In this document: piece by piece, positions 19,452-29,248 of the stretch
Layout of the letters: each line of letters starts with the position of its first letter
Numbering within the stretch: the first letter of the stretch is position 1
Assembly: GCA_965371785.1 (NCBI GenBank)
Contig: CBDUZS010000004.1
Span: 1,963 to 65,962 of the forward strand
DNA from: an uncultured bacterium
GTDB lineage: Bacteria; Fermentibacterota; Fermentibacteria; Fermentibacterales; JCC-6
Direction of reading: 5' to 3'
Length of the DNA stretch: 64,000 nucleotides
Notes under the pieces: model-generated
The model's input: only the letters and a program-made list of their open reading frames with translations
The model's database searches: none
What the model was told of the DNA's origin: nothing
Translations under genes and position numbers: made by a program

Positions 19452-19573
19452 GGGTTTCCTTCGGATCGTTCCATACCGGGTTGAATCGTATCATGGTTCG
19501 TGGTATTGTAGCCTGAAAGGTTTCCGGACCGTCCAAGTGGCGGTGTAATCCATACACCCTGGAGGGGGAAGAA

Positions 19574-20044
19574 ATGAAACTTGTTATCGTACTTGCATCG
19601 GCAGTGATGCTCGTGCTCATGGCCTGCGGCGGAGGAGGCGGGCTGCCCGAGGATGCCGTGAAGGACTTCATCGGGGCAGTCAAGGCCGGTGACGGCGAGA
19701 AGGCTGCCAGTTACCTGTCCACCTACGCGCTGGAAGAGCTGGACGTGCAGCTCGAAGCACTAAAGGAGGATCCCGAGATGGCGGTTATGGCCCTCGGGAC
19801 CATGGGAGTCGAAACGACTGTCAGTGAAGTCGAGGATTGGACTTCCAGAGTCTTCTTCGCAGCACTCATCGAAACCGAAGCAATGAGGGCAGAGCTGGGT
19901 GACAAACTCGATGTGGAAGTCACCGGCTCGGAAATCGAAGGTGACGATGCACTCGTCTTCCTCAAAACCGTCGATGGTGAAGAGGAAGAAGTCGAAATGA
20001 CCCTCGAGAACGGAGAGTGGAAGATCTACGAAATGCCGGACTGA
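19574..20044 (+). CDS. Acidic lipoprotein of unknown function
   Basis: Signal peptide with lipobox LMAC-GGGGG. GGAGGGGG RBS. Followed by a terminator. Confidence 0.6.
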   Translation: MKLVIVLASAVMLVLMACGGGGGLPEDAVKDFIGAVKAGDGEKAASYLSTYALEELDVQLEALKEDPEMAVMALGTMGVETTVSEVEDWTSRVFFAALIETEAMRAELGDKLDVEVTGSEIEGDDALVFLKTVDGEEEEVEMTLENGEWKIYEMPD

Positions 20045-20062
20045 TTCCATCCGGTTACTTCT

Positions 20063-20099
20063 GGACGCCCCGTGACATTCCGATCACGGGGCGTTTTTC
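20063..20099. terminator. Bidirectional rho-independent terminator between convergent genes
   Basis: Stem ACGCCCCGTGA / TCACGGGGCGT followed by TTTTTCT. It sits between the lipoprotein stop (20044) and the stop of the minus-strand sigma-54 regulator (20112). Confidence 0.7.
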
Positions 20100-20111
20100 T
20101 GACCCCGCGGT

Positions 20112-21458
20112 TCAAAGATCTTTAGAAAGCCGATCGAGTTCAGAGATCGGGATTCCCAGTTCTCTGGCGGCTGATTCTCTGTCTCCCCGGTAGTACTCTA
20201 TCGTTCGAAGCACCTGCTCACTTACTACATCCGATAATTTTCTCGGCTCGAAGCTCGGTTCCAGGGCTCCAATCCTCTCGATAATGTAAGGAGACAGTGA
20301 TTCGATGGTTATCTGATCCGATTCCTCGTTAGCGACGGCTCCGGCGATGATAGTTTTCAACTCCTGTACGTTATCGGGGAAACCGTATCCTTTGAGAAGG
20401 CAGAGGAACTCCTCGGAGAAACCGGAAATATCGCGTTCGTTTCTCCTGATTTCCTCCTCGAGGAAATGCTGTGCGAGAAGCGGAATGTCCTCCACTCTCT
20501 CCCGGAGCGGAGGTATTCCAATCGAATTAACCATGAGATGGTAGAGGAGATCACGCGAAAAGGTGCTCTTGTATTCGGGTGCGGTCAGATCTACCGTCGA
20601 GGCAACGATGAAACGTATGTCAGCTTTTCTGATCCTAGTGGAACTCTCGCGATAGTACTCACCCGTCTGTATCACTCTCTTCAGCCTTACCTGTGCCGGA
20701 AGGGAAAGGGATTCGATGTTGTCGAGGAAAACCGTTCCATTTGCAGCCTCCTCCAGAATACCAGGAGTTTCCTCTCTTTCCCCGCTCCAGTCCTTCGCCT
20801 GACCGAAGAAAAAGGAACAGAAGTGCTCGGCATCCTGACTGTCGGCCTCTATTGCGATGAAGGGTTTACCGGCTCTGGTGCTGACCCTGTGTATGGCTCT
20901 TGCAAGTGCTTCCTTGCCGGTTCCATTCTCTCCCCAGATGAATACACTCAGATCACTGGAAGCCGTTCTCTCCGCCTGATGGAAGAGACGGATCATGGCT
21001 GGATCCTGTGTAGGGAACTGCTCGAACGCCGCCTGATGGGCCAGGTCCTCCCGCTTGAGCTGCCCGGAGAGACTATCTATCGTATCGATGAGGGCGCCAT
21101 GCTCGAGTGCGTTGTTCAGGACCTCCAGAAGATGGTCATCTTCCACCGGCTTGATGAGGTAGTCAAAGGCTCCCTGCTTCATCGCACGGACCGCAAGGTC
21201 GACATCGCTTACTCCGGTCAGAACCACAACTGGCGTGCCGATGCCCTTGCCGCGCATGTCACGGAGGATATCCATACCGCTCACGTTGGGCATATCCATG
21301 TCCAGCAAGATGATGTCATATTCTCCCTCAGCAAGGAGGTTGGCAACTTCGCGAGAATCGTTCACGATTGTGGAGTCGAAAAGACCTGTCTGCATGAGGA
21401 AGACCATGAAGTAGTTGGTTACGGCAACATCGTCGTCAACGATCATTATTCTCTTCAT
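20112..21458 (-). CDS. Sigma-54-dependent response regulator (REC + AAA+ sigma-54 interaction domain + HTH), NtrC family
   Basis: The start is ATG 21458 (MKRIMIVDDD) with GGGGAGGGG 7 nt upstream. The track's 21482 overlaps the kinase gene by 23 nt and is rejected. Motifs GENGTGKE (Walker A) and GAFDYLIKP. C-terminal HTH. Confidence 0.85.
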   Translation of the reverse strand: MKRIMIVDDDVAVTNYFMVFLMQTGLFDSTIVNDSREVANLLAEGEYDIILLDMDMPNVSGMDILRDMRGKGIGTPVVVLTGVSDVDLAVRAMKQGAFDYLIKPVEDDHLLEVLNNALEHGALIDTIDSLSGQLKREDLAHQAAFEQFPTQDPAMIRLFHQAERTASSDLSVFIWGENGTGKEALARAIHRVSTRAGKPFIAIEADSQDAEHFCSFFFGQAKDWSGEREETPGILEEAANGTVFLDNIESLSLPAQVRLKRVIQTGEYYRESSTRIRKADIRFIVASTVDLTAPEYKSTFSRDLLYHLMVNSIGIPPLRERVEDIPLLAQHFLEEEIRRNERDISGFSEEFLCLLKGYGFPDNVQELKTIIAGAVANEESDQITIESLSPYIIERIGALEPSFEPRKLSDVVSEQVLRTIEYYRGDRESAARELGIPISELDRLSKDL

Positions 21459-21459
21459 T

Positions 21460-23439
21460 TCACGCCCCTCCCCTGTTTCCATCGGTTGTCGGGATTCTGA
21501 TGGTAAAGGTCGTTCCCTCTCCCTGCTTGCTGGTCACAGTGATGTTTCCGTTGTGCTCCTCGATTATCCGGTAGGCTATCGCCAGGCCCAGCCCGGTACC
21601 CCCCCCTGCCCTTTTCGTAGTGAAGAATGGATCGAATATCTGCTTGAGTGTTTTCTCGTTCATGCCCTTGCCGTTATCCGATATCTCGATTACCACCACT
21701 CCGGGAGTCTCTAACCTCGTTCTAATGGTTATCACGCCCTTCCTGTCATCGGGAATCGCCTGCCCGGCATTCACCAGGAGGTTGATGAAAACCTGCTCGA
21801 TCTTCTGGGAATTTCCAGTGAACGAAGGAAGATTTTCTACGAGATCCAGTTCGATATCAGCCCTTTTGTGAATCTCGTTGTGTACAAGCCTGGTGCTGGC
21901 TTCTATAAGTGTGTTCACGTCGACGGTGTCGATAAGCAGTCCTTCATCCTTCCTGGCAAATCCCCTCAGTCCCTCGACGATTCCCTTGATCCGTTCCGAT
22001 CCATGGGCCATATCATCGACGAGCGTCATAATGTGCTGCCTGAAGAAATCGTACTTCAGCCTCGCAATTTTGAGATCCGGGTGGGTATCCCTGTACTCGT
22101 CCAGAATGGGAAGAATATCCTCTAGAGACTGTTTGATTATGTTGACGTTTCCCCTGATGAATTGATTCGGATTGTTTATCTCATGACCGATTCCGCTGAC
22201 GAGCTGACCCAGAGATGCCAGTTTGTCCGCCTGCTGAAGTTGTTGCTCATAGGTTTTCTCGAGGGTTACATCCCTGTAGAATTCAAGGATTCCATCAACT
22301 TCATGCTCGGTGTTGTACACTGGAAGCGCGTGAACCTGAAGGAATTTATCCTCGTTCTTCATCGTCAGTGTTATGGGTGTCTTATCCCTGATTATCCTTG
22401 ACAGGCGGCAGTCCTCACAGGGCACATCCCTGCCGAAATACGCTTTGTAGCAGCTGATTCCAGGTTTGATATCTTCCCGATTGGTCATGACGATCTTTCG
22501 ATTCTTGTCGATGAGCATCACATCGTCGGGAATGGCCTGAAAGGTCGTCTCCAGTCTGGATCTGGCTTCTTCCCAGCCCCTGTTGACCCTGTCCAGGTAG
22601 GAATTGACAATTCCGAGTTTCGCCCGCTGGGCTTCTACTTCCTCGGTTCTACCGGCTATCTCTTTCTTCAGCTCTTTCAGCCGCTGATTGTACTCGTCCT
22701 CTTCATCGATCTTGAGGGCCAGTCTCTCCCTGAGTTCCTTGCGTTCCAGAGCAAGGCTGAGCATCCGTCCGATCTCGTTGATCATCCGCTGTTCCTCGGG
22801 AAGCAGTTCATGGCTGTCGTCCAGGTAACCCACCCGGATCTCGCCTTCGATCTGCTGCCCAATCTCCAGCTCTACGGTAAGGTACTTACTGGAAGCAGGC
22901 TTCTGGCCGTACTCGATTCCCCGGAAACGGGACCACACTACGACCTCGTCGGGGATCATCATACCCGGGCCGATATATTTCGGCAGATCGGTGAAGAACC
23001 TGCGAATAGAATCGGATGTTTCAATCCATTTAGCTACCTCGTAAAGGCAGCCCAGTTCCTTGATTCGCTCTTCCTTCTCCCACTCGTCCTGTTTCCCGAG
23101 GGAACCTATCCGGTTGCCGAAGAAGAGAAAAATATCTCCACTCTCCGGACCGGCGTATCCGGCTTTCAGAGGTATCGATTTTGAGCTGTCAGACAGCGTG
23201 GAGAGCACAGCAATACCCCGTTCTCCAGCCTTTGCCTGAGCCATCGCCGAGCGGAACGTGTCAAGAGATGTCTGAGCAAGGAGTTCCTCGAGATTAGTCG
23301 TTTCTTCCGGAAGACCAGATGAACAGCAATCCCTTACAAGAGTATGGTTTGCATAAACAATCCGTTCTTCAGCATCGACAACGAGAAGGTAATCGAAGTT
23401 GCCTTCCAGGAAGGCGTACAGGCTCTCGAGTCTGACCAT
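21460..23439 (-). CDS. Cytoplasmic PAS-domain sensor histidine kinase
   Basis: HisKA H-box GHEINNP. HATPase_c motifs DNGKGM and GGTGLGLAIAYRII. Coiled-coil/PAS region. GGGGAAGGGAG RBS. Confidence 0.85.
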   Translation of the reverse strand: MVRLESLYAFLEGNFDYLLVVDAEERIVYANHTLVRDCCSSGLPEETTNLEELLAQTSLDTFRSAMAQAKAGERGIAVLSTLSDSSKSIPLKAGYAGPESGDIFLFFGNRIGSLGKQDEWEKEERIKELGCLYEVAKWIETSDSIRRFFTDLPKYIGPGMMIPDEVVVWSRFRGIEYGQKPASSKYLTVELEIGQQIEGEIRVGYLDDSHELLPEEQRMINEIGRMLSLALERKELRERLALKIDEEDEYNQRLKELKKEIAGRTEEVEAQRAKLGIVNSYLDRVNRGWEEARSRLETTFQAIPDDVMLIDKNRKIVMTNREDIKPGISCYKAYFGRDVPCEDCRLSRIIRDKTPITLTMKNEDKFLQVHALPVYNTEHEVDGILEFYRDVTLEKTYEQQLQQADKLASLGQLVSGIGHEINNPNQFIRGNVNIIKQSLEDILPILDEYRDTHPDLKIARLKYDFFRQHIMTLVDDMAHGSERIKGIVEGLRGFARKDEGLLIDTVDVNTLIEASTRLVHNEIHKRADIELDLVENLPSFTGNSQKIEQVFINLLVNAGQAIPDDRKGVITIRTRLETPGVVVIEISDNGKGMNEKTLKQIFDPFFTTKRAGGGTGLGLAIAYRIIEEHNGNITVTSKQGEGTTFTIRIPTTDGNRGGA

Positions 23440-23461
23440 GGAGCTCCCTTCCCCTAATTCG

Positions 23462-26400
23462 TCAGTACCTGACTCTGAATCGCTCCGTACCGACTTCCCT
23501 TATCTCCTTCTTGTACTTTTCACCGTGGGTAAGGGGGGGCTGAATTGAAGCAGCCTTCAATCCGGTGACCGGAACCACAAGACTTCCAGGTCCGGAGTGC
23601 TTTCGTTCCTGGCCTGTGTTCCAGTAGTACATCACGAATTCCCCGAGGCCTCGAGAAACTGCATTGCTCATCTCGGTCGTGACATCATCTGAGACTTCGA
23701 GCCCGAGTTCTCTCGCAAGAATTGTCAGAACTTCTTTGCCTGAAAGACCGGATGGAGGTTCGACTGCTCGTGGAAAGCTGTTCACGCTGCCCTCGAAATT
23801 CAGCCGTGTTCCCCTTGTCTCGAGGAATGTCGAACCAGGAAGAACGACGTCCGCGTACTGCGTTGTCTCGGTGTCCGTCCAGTCAACTGCTGCCAGGAAT
23901 TCGACGTTGCTGAACCAGCCACCGGTCCGGCCCCAGGCCATCGGGTCTTCACCGATGATCAGGGCTGCCTTGATAACACCCTCATCCAGAACCCTCCTGA
24001 GTTCCTGATGGGTGGAAACTCCATTCCCTGAAACAACCGGAATCCTGCCTGGTCTGAAGGCCGGATCGGCACCGGTTGCCTCCAGAGCAGCACTGTTGCT
24101 GATAATCCTGGGAAGAAGCAGTTCGGTCCGGATACCGGCACCTCTGAGGAGCACGACGAAATTCGCCAGTGTTTCCATATCTCCCGGGGCACTGTCCTGT
24201 GGTCTATCCGGGCTGTGGATGAAAACGATTCTTCCGGCTGCGCGAATGATGTCTGCAGCAGCCCGAATGTTTTCCTCGTCTACTCCCGACATCGCAGAAG
24301 CACTTTCGGGAGTTACATTTCTTGATGCAAGGAATTCCTCTGCTCTCTGGAGAGATTCAGTCTTCAGGTATTCTTCATCGATCAGTACCTGCATGATTCC
24401 ATTCCAGAGAATCGAGCTGCGTCCCCGCATGGGATCAAGAGCGACCGTAGCAAGAAGTTGATCGGTGCTGTCGAGAGTGGAGTTGGATACGATCAGCTTG
24501 GCACCGGACTTGACTGCAGAAACAACATCCACCGCAAGCACGAGGTGATCGGTCTCCATGGCCGTGTTGTTGCAGATTATCAGGTCCGCTGCAGCCAGAC
24601 AGCTCCGGTCAGCAGTGGACGCCGTGAAGCCGAATGATGCATCGAGCATCCCGGCTTCTTTCCCGGTGCCGAGAATCGAAAGGGAGCCGATGTTGCCGGT
24701 TCCGATCCCCTCCCTCGCGATTCTACCAGCAAGGTAGAGCTCCTCGCACGTCAGCTCCGGGGAAACGAATACGGCAACACTCCCTGGGCCATGCATCCGA
24801 GCGACGTTCCCGAGGGAAGCAGCAATCAGCTCAGAAGCCTCGAGTACGTCCACCTGCCTTCGAGAGCTGCCGGTTCGGATTTCAGCGGATGAAATCCTTT
24901 TCTGCCTGATGAACAGTTCGTGCCCGAATCTTCCATACCTGCACAGGTACTCGCCGGGTACACCGGAATTCGAAATGTAGTATCTCTCTTCACCGAACTT
25001 CTTGACCTCGAAGGAGCAGGCAAGCGAACAGAATCCGCAGTGCGCCGATACACTCTCAGAGCACAATGCAGCCCTTCCGGGGAATGGATACTTTGCAGTG
25101 AGAGCACCCGTAGGACATGCATCTATGCAGTTTCCGCAACTGACACAGCTGGTCTCGACAAGCGGGTCCTTCATCGCCGGGCGCATCTCCGTCCTGAACC
25201 CTCTGCCAACCAGGCCGATAGCCGAGATCGGGAGGATTCGGGCACACGTTCTGATACATCTGGAACAGAGGATACATTTGTTGGGGTCGTACACCAGGTA
25301 CGGATGCCTCTCATCTACGCTGTGTTTCCTGACGTAGCCCTTGTACCTCTCCATGTCCACGCCGTATTCCTCGGCGTAGAGCCTCAGGTCGCAATCGTCG
25401 AACCTGATGCAGCCGCACGAAAGGCATCTGTCGCATTCGTGCACGTTATCCTCGTACTCGAACCCGGTTGAAACCTCCGTGAAATTACCCCTGCGATCAT
25501 CGACAGCAATCGTGTGCACTTCATGCCGTGGGCTTTCCTTCACATCACCCAGTTCCGTTTTTCCCGGTTTTACCCAGAATTCCTTCTTCACTACAAAGCT
25601 TCTCTGTGGGGGATCTTCCCCAATGAGGAAGGAGTGTACCGCATCAGCTGCCAGGTGGCCGTCCCTTATCGCGTCGATGACAACCGTGGGTCCGTCGTCA
25701 GCGGCATCACCACCTGCGAAAACCCCCTCCTGGTTCGTTTTCATCGTCATGGTGTCTACTACGTAGGTGTTCCATTTCGTCAGCTCGATATCGTTTCCGT
25801 CAATCTTCGTAAGACCGTCCAGAACAGTGTTCTGGCCAATCGCAGGTAGAGCTGTGTCACAGGGCAGATCGAACTCCGATCCCTCGAGCGGCACGGGGCG
25901 GCGCCTTCCGGAGTCATCGGGTGCACCAAGCTTCATCCTGATGCATCTGAGAGCCAGAAGTCTGCCGTTCTCCTCGATTATGCCTACGGGAGCCGCGAGT
26001 TCCATGATCTCAATGCCTTCCTCGAGACAATCAGCGATCTCCATCTCATCTGCAGGCATTTCAGCCTTGGTTCGCCTGTAGAGAACGATCACCTTTTCCG
26101 CTCCCAGTCTCCAGGCAGTTCTGGCGACGTCCATGGCAGTGTTTCCACCGCCTATCACCACGATCGTTCCCGTGACTGGTTCGCGGGTTACAGCCTTCTC
26201 GGTGAGGAAGTCGGCGCCTGTTACAATACCCTCTGTATCGAATTCCCCTTCCACCCGCATAGGTTTGCCCGTCCAGGCTCCGGCCGCGATGTACACGGCA
26301 TCATGCTTCTCCCGCAATTCGTCGAGAGTTACATCCCTGCCTACTCTTACACCGCAACTAATCCGGGCACCCGTTCGGCAGATGTACTCGACTTCGGCAT

Positions 26401-27136
26401 CGAGAACATCATCCGGCAGCCTGTACTCGGGGATACCGTATCTGAGCATTCCACCAGAACGCTCCATTGCTTCGTACAGAGAAACCCTGTGCCCCCTTCT
26501 GCCGAGGAACCAGGCAGCGGTAAGGCCTGATGGTCCTGCTCCCACAATGCCCACGGTTTTCCCGCTCGGGGGGGCACATTCCGGCATGCCATCGTAAGTG
26601 CCTGGAGCATCCGTGACGAACCTCTTCACCGCGTTGATGCCAACAGGACTGTCCACGTCCTCCCTTCGGCATACGACTTCACATTTTCTGACACACACCC
26701 GCCCGCATGACGCGGGAAACGGGTTGGACTCGCGTATGAGATCAACTGCCTTTCGGTACTCCCCCATCGCAGAGAGCGCGATGTAACCCTGGGCATCAAC
26801 GTTGGCGGGACAGCCCTCGAGGCAGGGAGACTGGCAATCAGCGTAATGGTTCGACAAAAGCAGCTCCAGTGCGGTTTTCCTTGAAGCCAGTACCCTTTCG
26901 TTCCGGGTCTCGATCTCCATCCCGGGGGCGATTCTGGTTGCACAGGCCGGAACGAGATTCCAGCGTCCTTTCACCTCGACCACGCATACGAAGCACGAGC
27001 CGTAGGGCTCCAGTTCCGGAGAGTGACAGAGCGTGGGAATTTCGTCGAGATCGTTTTCCCTTACCACCTCCAGAATCGTTTTTCCAGGAGCAGCCTCTAT
27101 ACCGGTTCCGTTGATCGTAAGTCTGATATTCTCCAT
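23462..27136 (-). CDS. NuoG/FdhA-like multi-domain Fe-S protein: N-terminal [2Fe-2S] + inserted GltD/NfnB-like NAD(P)H-FAD module + [4Fe-4S] + molybdopterin-oxidoreductase-like domain that lacks the catalytic Sec/Cys-His
   Basis: The start is ATG 27136 (MENIRLTING) with GGGAG RBS. The track's 27196 overlaps nuoF by 50 nt. Motifs HYADCQSPCLEGCP; GltD motifs VGIVGAGPSGL and VVIGGGNTAMDVA; CDRCLSCGCIRFDDC; CILCSRCIRTC; MopB Fe-S HCGFCSLACS..EYLCRYG. The region aligning to FdhF CCARV-U-HGP reads GSLSILGTGKE, which has no Sec or Cys. Confidence 0.7.
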   Translation of the reverse strand: MENIRLTINGTGIEAAPGKTILEVVRENDLDEIPTLCHSPELEPYGSCFVCVVEVKGRWNLVPACATRIAPGMEIETRNERVLASRKTALELLLSNHYADCQSPCLEGCPANVDAQGYIALSAMGEYRKAVDLIRESNPFPASCGRVCVRKCEVVCRREDVDSPVGINAVKRFVTDAPGTYDGMPECAPPSGKTVGIVGAGPSGLTAAWFLGRRGHRVSLYEAMERSGGMLRYGIPEYRLPDDVLDAEVEYICRTGARISCGVRVGRDVTLDELREKHDAVYIAAGAWTGKPMRVEGEFDTEGIVTGADFLTEKAVTREPVTGTIVVIGGGNTAMDVARTAWRLGAEKVIVLYRRTKAEMPADEMEIADCLEEGIEIMELAAPVGIIEENGRLLALRCIRMKLGAPDDSGRRRPVPLEGSEFDLPCDTALPAIGQNTVLDGLTKIDGNDIELTKWNTYVVDTMTMKTNQEGVFAGGDAADDGPTVVIDAIRDGHLAADAVHSFLIGEDPPQRSFVVKKEFWVKPGKTELGDVKESPRHEVHTIAVDDRRGNFTEVSTGFEYEDNVHECDRCLSCGCIRFDDCDLRLYAEEYGVDMERYKGYVRKHSVDERHPYLVYDPNKCILCSRCIRTCARILPISAIGLVGRGFRTEMRPAMKDPLVETSCVSCGNCIDACPTGALTAKYPFPGRAALCSESVSAHCGFCSLACSFEVKKFGEERYYISNSGVPGEYLCRYGRFGHELFIRQKRISSAEIRTGSSRRQVDVLEASELIAASLGNVARMHGPGSVAVFVSPELTCEELYLAGRIAREGIGTGNIGSLSILGTGKEAGMLDASFGFTASTADRSCLAAADLIICNNTAMETDHLVLAVDVVSAVKSGAKLIVSNSTLDSTDQLLATVALDPMRGRSSILWNGIMQVLIDEEYLKTESLQRAEEFLASRNVTPESASAMSGVDEENIRAAADIIRAAGRIVFIHSPDRPQDSAPGDMETLANFVVLLRGAGIRTELLLPRIISNSAALEATGADPAFRPGRIPVVSGNGVSTHQELRRVLDEGVIKAALIIGEDPMAWGRTGGWFSNVEFLAAVDWTDTETTQYADVVLPGSTFLETRGTRLNFEGSVNSFPRAVEPPSGLSGKEVLTILARELGLEVSDDVTTEMSNAVSRGLGEFVMYYWNTGQERKHSGPGSLVVPVTGLKAASIQPPLTHGEKYKKEIREVGTERFRVRY

Positions 27137-27146
27137 GGCCAGCTCC

Positions 27147-28925
27147 CTAGCTCTTATAGACTGCGTCGAAGTTGCAGCTGCTGATGCACTTGCCACACTT
27201 GACGCATTTCGAGTTGTCTACCGTATGCAGCCCCTTCGGTTCACCCTGAATCGCATCGACGGGGCAGGCTTTGGCACAAAGAGTGCAGCCGATGCATTTC
27301 GATCCATCGATATGGAATTCGACAAGAGCTGAACATACGCCTGCCGGGCAGCATCCATCGTTGATGTGCTGCTCGTACTCGGAAAGGTAGTAGCGAATAG
27401 TGGAGAGAGCGGGATTGGGAGCTGACTGACCAAGACCACAGAGGCTTGCCTCCATGATACTCTTCCCCAGCGTGCCGAGCTTCTCGATGTCATCAGGTTC
27501 ACCCTCGCCCTTTGTGATTCTCGTCAGGATCTCGAGCATCCTGAGGGTGCCGATTCTGCAGAACGTGCACTTCCCGCACGATTCGTTCTGGGTGAACTCC
27601 AGGAAGAACCTGGCGATTTCGACCATGCATATGGAATCGTCCATCACCACTAGCCCACCAGAGCCCATGATGGCTCCGGTTGCAGGTATCGATTCGAAAT
27701 CAACGGGCGTGTCGCCAAGGGAAGCGGGGATGCAGCCGCCGGATGGACCACCCATCTGCACGGCCTTGAACTCACGCCCCTCCTTGATTCCACCGCCGAT
27801 TTTGAAGACGAGATCGTTTATCGTCGTTCCCATGGGAACCTCTGCCAGCCCACCATGAATAACCTTGCCGGCAAGAGCGAAAACTTTTGTGCCCGTACTC
27901 TTCTCGGTTCCATACGAGGCATACGCCTTCGCACCGTTCATGAGAATCCAGGGCACGTTGGCATAAGTTTCGACGTTGTTGTTGTTCGTCGGCTTCCTCC
28001 AGAGCCCCTTCTCCGCGGGAAACGGAGGTCTGATTCTGGGCATGCCCCGCTGGCCTTCTATCGAAGCGAAGAGAGCCGTCTCCTCACCGCAGACGAACGC
28101 TCCCGCTCCCTGCTTTATCTTGAGGTCGAAGTCGAAGCCGGAACCGAGAATGTCTTTTCCCAGGTACCCTTTCTCCCTGGCGCTTTCGATTGCGATCGTC
28201 AGGCGCCTGATTGCCAGGGGATATTCCGCCCGGCAGTAGACGTACCCGTAGGTTGCACCTATGGCTTTTGCACAAACGATCATTCCCTCGAGCACCGAGT
28301 GCGGATCTCCCTCGAGGATGGACCGATCCATGAATGCGCCGGGATCACCCTCGTCGGCATTGCAGACCACGTACTTGACGTCCCCCTCGTTGCCGGCGGC
28401 AAAGGACCATTTAAGTCCCGTGGGGAATCCTGCGCCTCCTCTTCCCCTCAGCCCCGAATCCTTGATTATCTGGATGATCTCGTCAGTAGACAGCTCCAGA
28501 AGAGCTTTACGGATGCCCTGATATCCTCCAGAGGACTCGTATTCGTCTATGGACTCGGGATCAATTGTACCGCAGTTCCTGAGAACGATCCTGCTCTGGA
28601 GGTCGAGAAAACCCTTCTCCGAGCCGTAGGTCGACCCGTCGGGAGAGATGCCGTACACAACGCTCGCGGTCAGCTCCTGACCATCAACAACGTGGCATCT
28701 GAATATCTCCTCTGCCAGGTCTGGAGTTGCTTCGCCGTAGACTACACGGGCGTCACCCTCTCGAACCTCGAGCAGGGGCTCTTTGTAACACATGCCTATG
28801 CAGCCCGTACTGGAGAGTTCGAAGGTTCCCGGATTCTCATCCGAGAGTTCCGTAAGTTTATCGTAGGTTGCCCTCGCGCCGGCTGACAAACCGCAAGTTC
28901 CCATTCCGATAATGATTTTCTTCAT
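27147..28925 (-). CDS. NuoF/HoxF/HydB-like NAD(H)-binding FMN flavoprotein with N-terminal thioredoxin-like [2Fe-2S] and C-terminal 2x[4Fe-4S]
   Basis: GRGGAGFPTGLKW motif. N-terminal IIGMGTCGLSAGA. C-terminal CIGCTLCAKACP and CVKCGKCISSC. Confidence 0.85.
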   Translation of the reverse strand: MKKIIIGMGTCGLSAGARATYDKLTELSDENPGTFELSSTGCIGMCYKEPLLEVREGDARVVYGEATPDLAEEIFRCHVVDGQELTASVVYGISPDGSTYGSEKGFLDLQSRIVLRNCGTIDPESIDEYESSGGYQGIRKALLELSTDEIIQIIKDSGLRGRGGAGFPTGLKWSFAAGNEGDVKYVVCNADEGDPGAFMDRSILEGDPHSVLEGMIVCAKAIGATYGYVYCRAEYPLAIRRLTIAIESAREKGYLGKDILGSGFDFDLKIKQGAGAFVCGEETALFASIEGQRGMPRIRPPFPAEKGLWRKPTNNNNVETYANVPWILMNGAKAYASYGTEKSTGTKVFALAGKVIHGGLAEVPMGTTINDLVFKIGGGIKEGREFKAVQMGGPSGGCIPASLGDTPVDFESIPATGAIMGSGGLVVMDDSICMVEIARFFLEFTQNESCGKCTFCRIGTLRMLEILTRITKGEGEPDDIEKLGTLGKSIMEASLCGLGQSAPNPALSTIRYYLSEYEQHINDGCCPAGVCSALVEFHIDGSKCIGCTLCAKACPVDAIQGEPKGLHTVDNSKCVKCGKCISSCNFDAVYKS

Positions 28926-29248
28926 GGAAGATCTCCCGACCTCTCCTCTGCCCTTTTGTACTCCCTGAGAAGTTTTCTGAGAATTGCGGGAGTCAATCTG
29001 CCATGGGTGTCATCGTTGACCATTATGACGGGGGCGAGAGAACAGCAGCCTATGCAGGCAACCGTGAACAGCGTGAAGAGGCCATCCTCAGTGGTTCCAC
29101 CGACTTCGATACCCAGTTCATCCTCTATGGTCTCGATTATCATCTTTGAATCTGAAACGTGGCATGCTGTTCCGGCGCACGCTCTGATCAGGTTCTTGCC
29201 CATGGGCTGGAGTCTGAACTGGCTGTAGAAAGTAATGACGCCGTACAC
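28922..29248 (-). CDS. NuoE/HoxE-like thioredoxin-fold [2Fe-2S] subunit; N-terminus unresolved (no canonical start upstream)
   Basis: VYGVITFYSQF ... CAGTACHV ... CIGCCSLAPV. Homology continues ~80 codons upstream (ELIPLLQSAQDHFGYVP) to a stop at 29458-29460. No ATG/GTG/TTG lies in that stretch. Confidence 0.65.
   Translation of the reverse strand: MYGVITFYSQFRLQPMGKNLIRACAGTACHVSDSKMIIETIEDELGIEVGGTTEDGLFTLFTVACIGCCSLAPVIMVNDDTHGRLTPAILRKLLREYKRAEERSGDLP

Noticed and set aside
23462-27196. Calling the large Mo-oxidoreductase-like protein a formate dehydrogenase alpha subunit
   Set aside because: The segment aligning to the FdhF active site (CCARV-U-HGP) reads GSLSILGTGKE. It has no Sec or Cys and no catalytic His. 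It is better described as a NuoG-like scaffold with a GltD insert.
27855-28886. Plus-strand 343-aa ORF
   Set aside because: It is antisense to the NuoF-like gene, which has the GRGGAGFPTGLKW motif.
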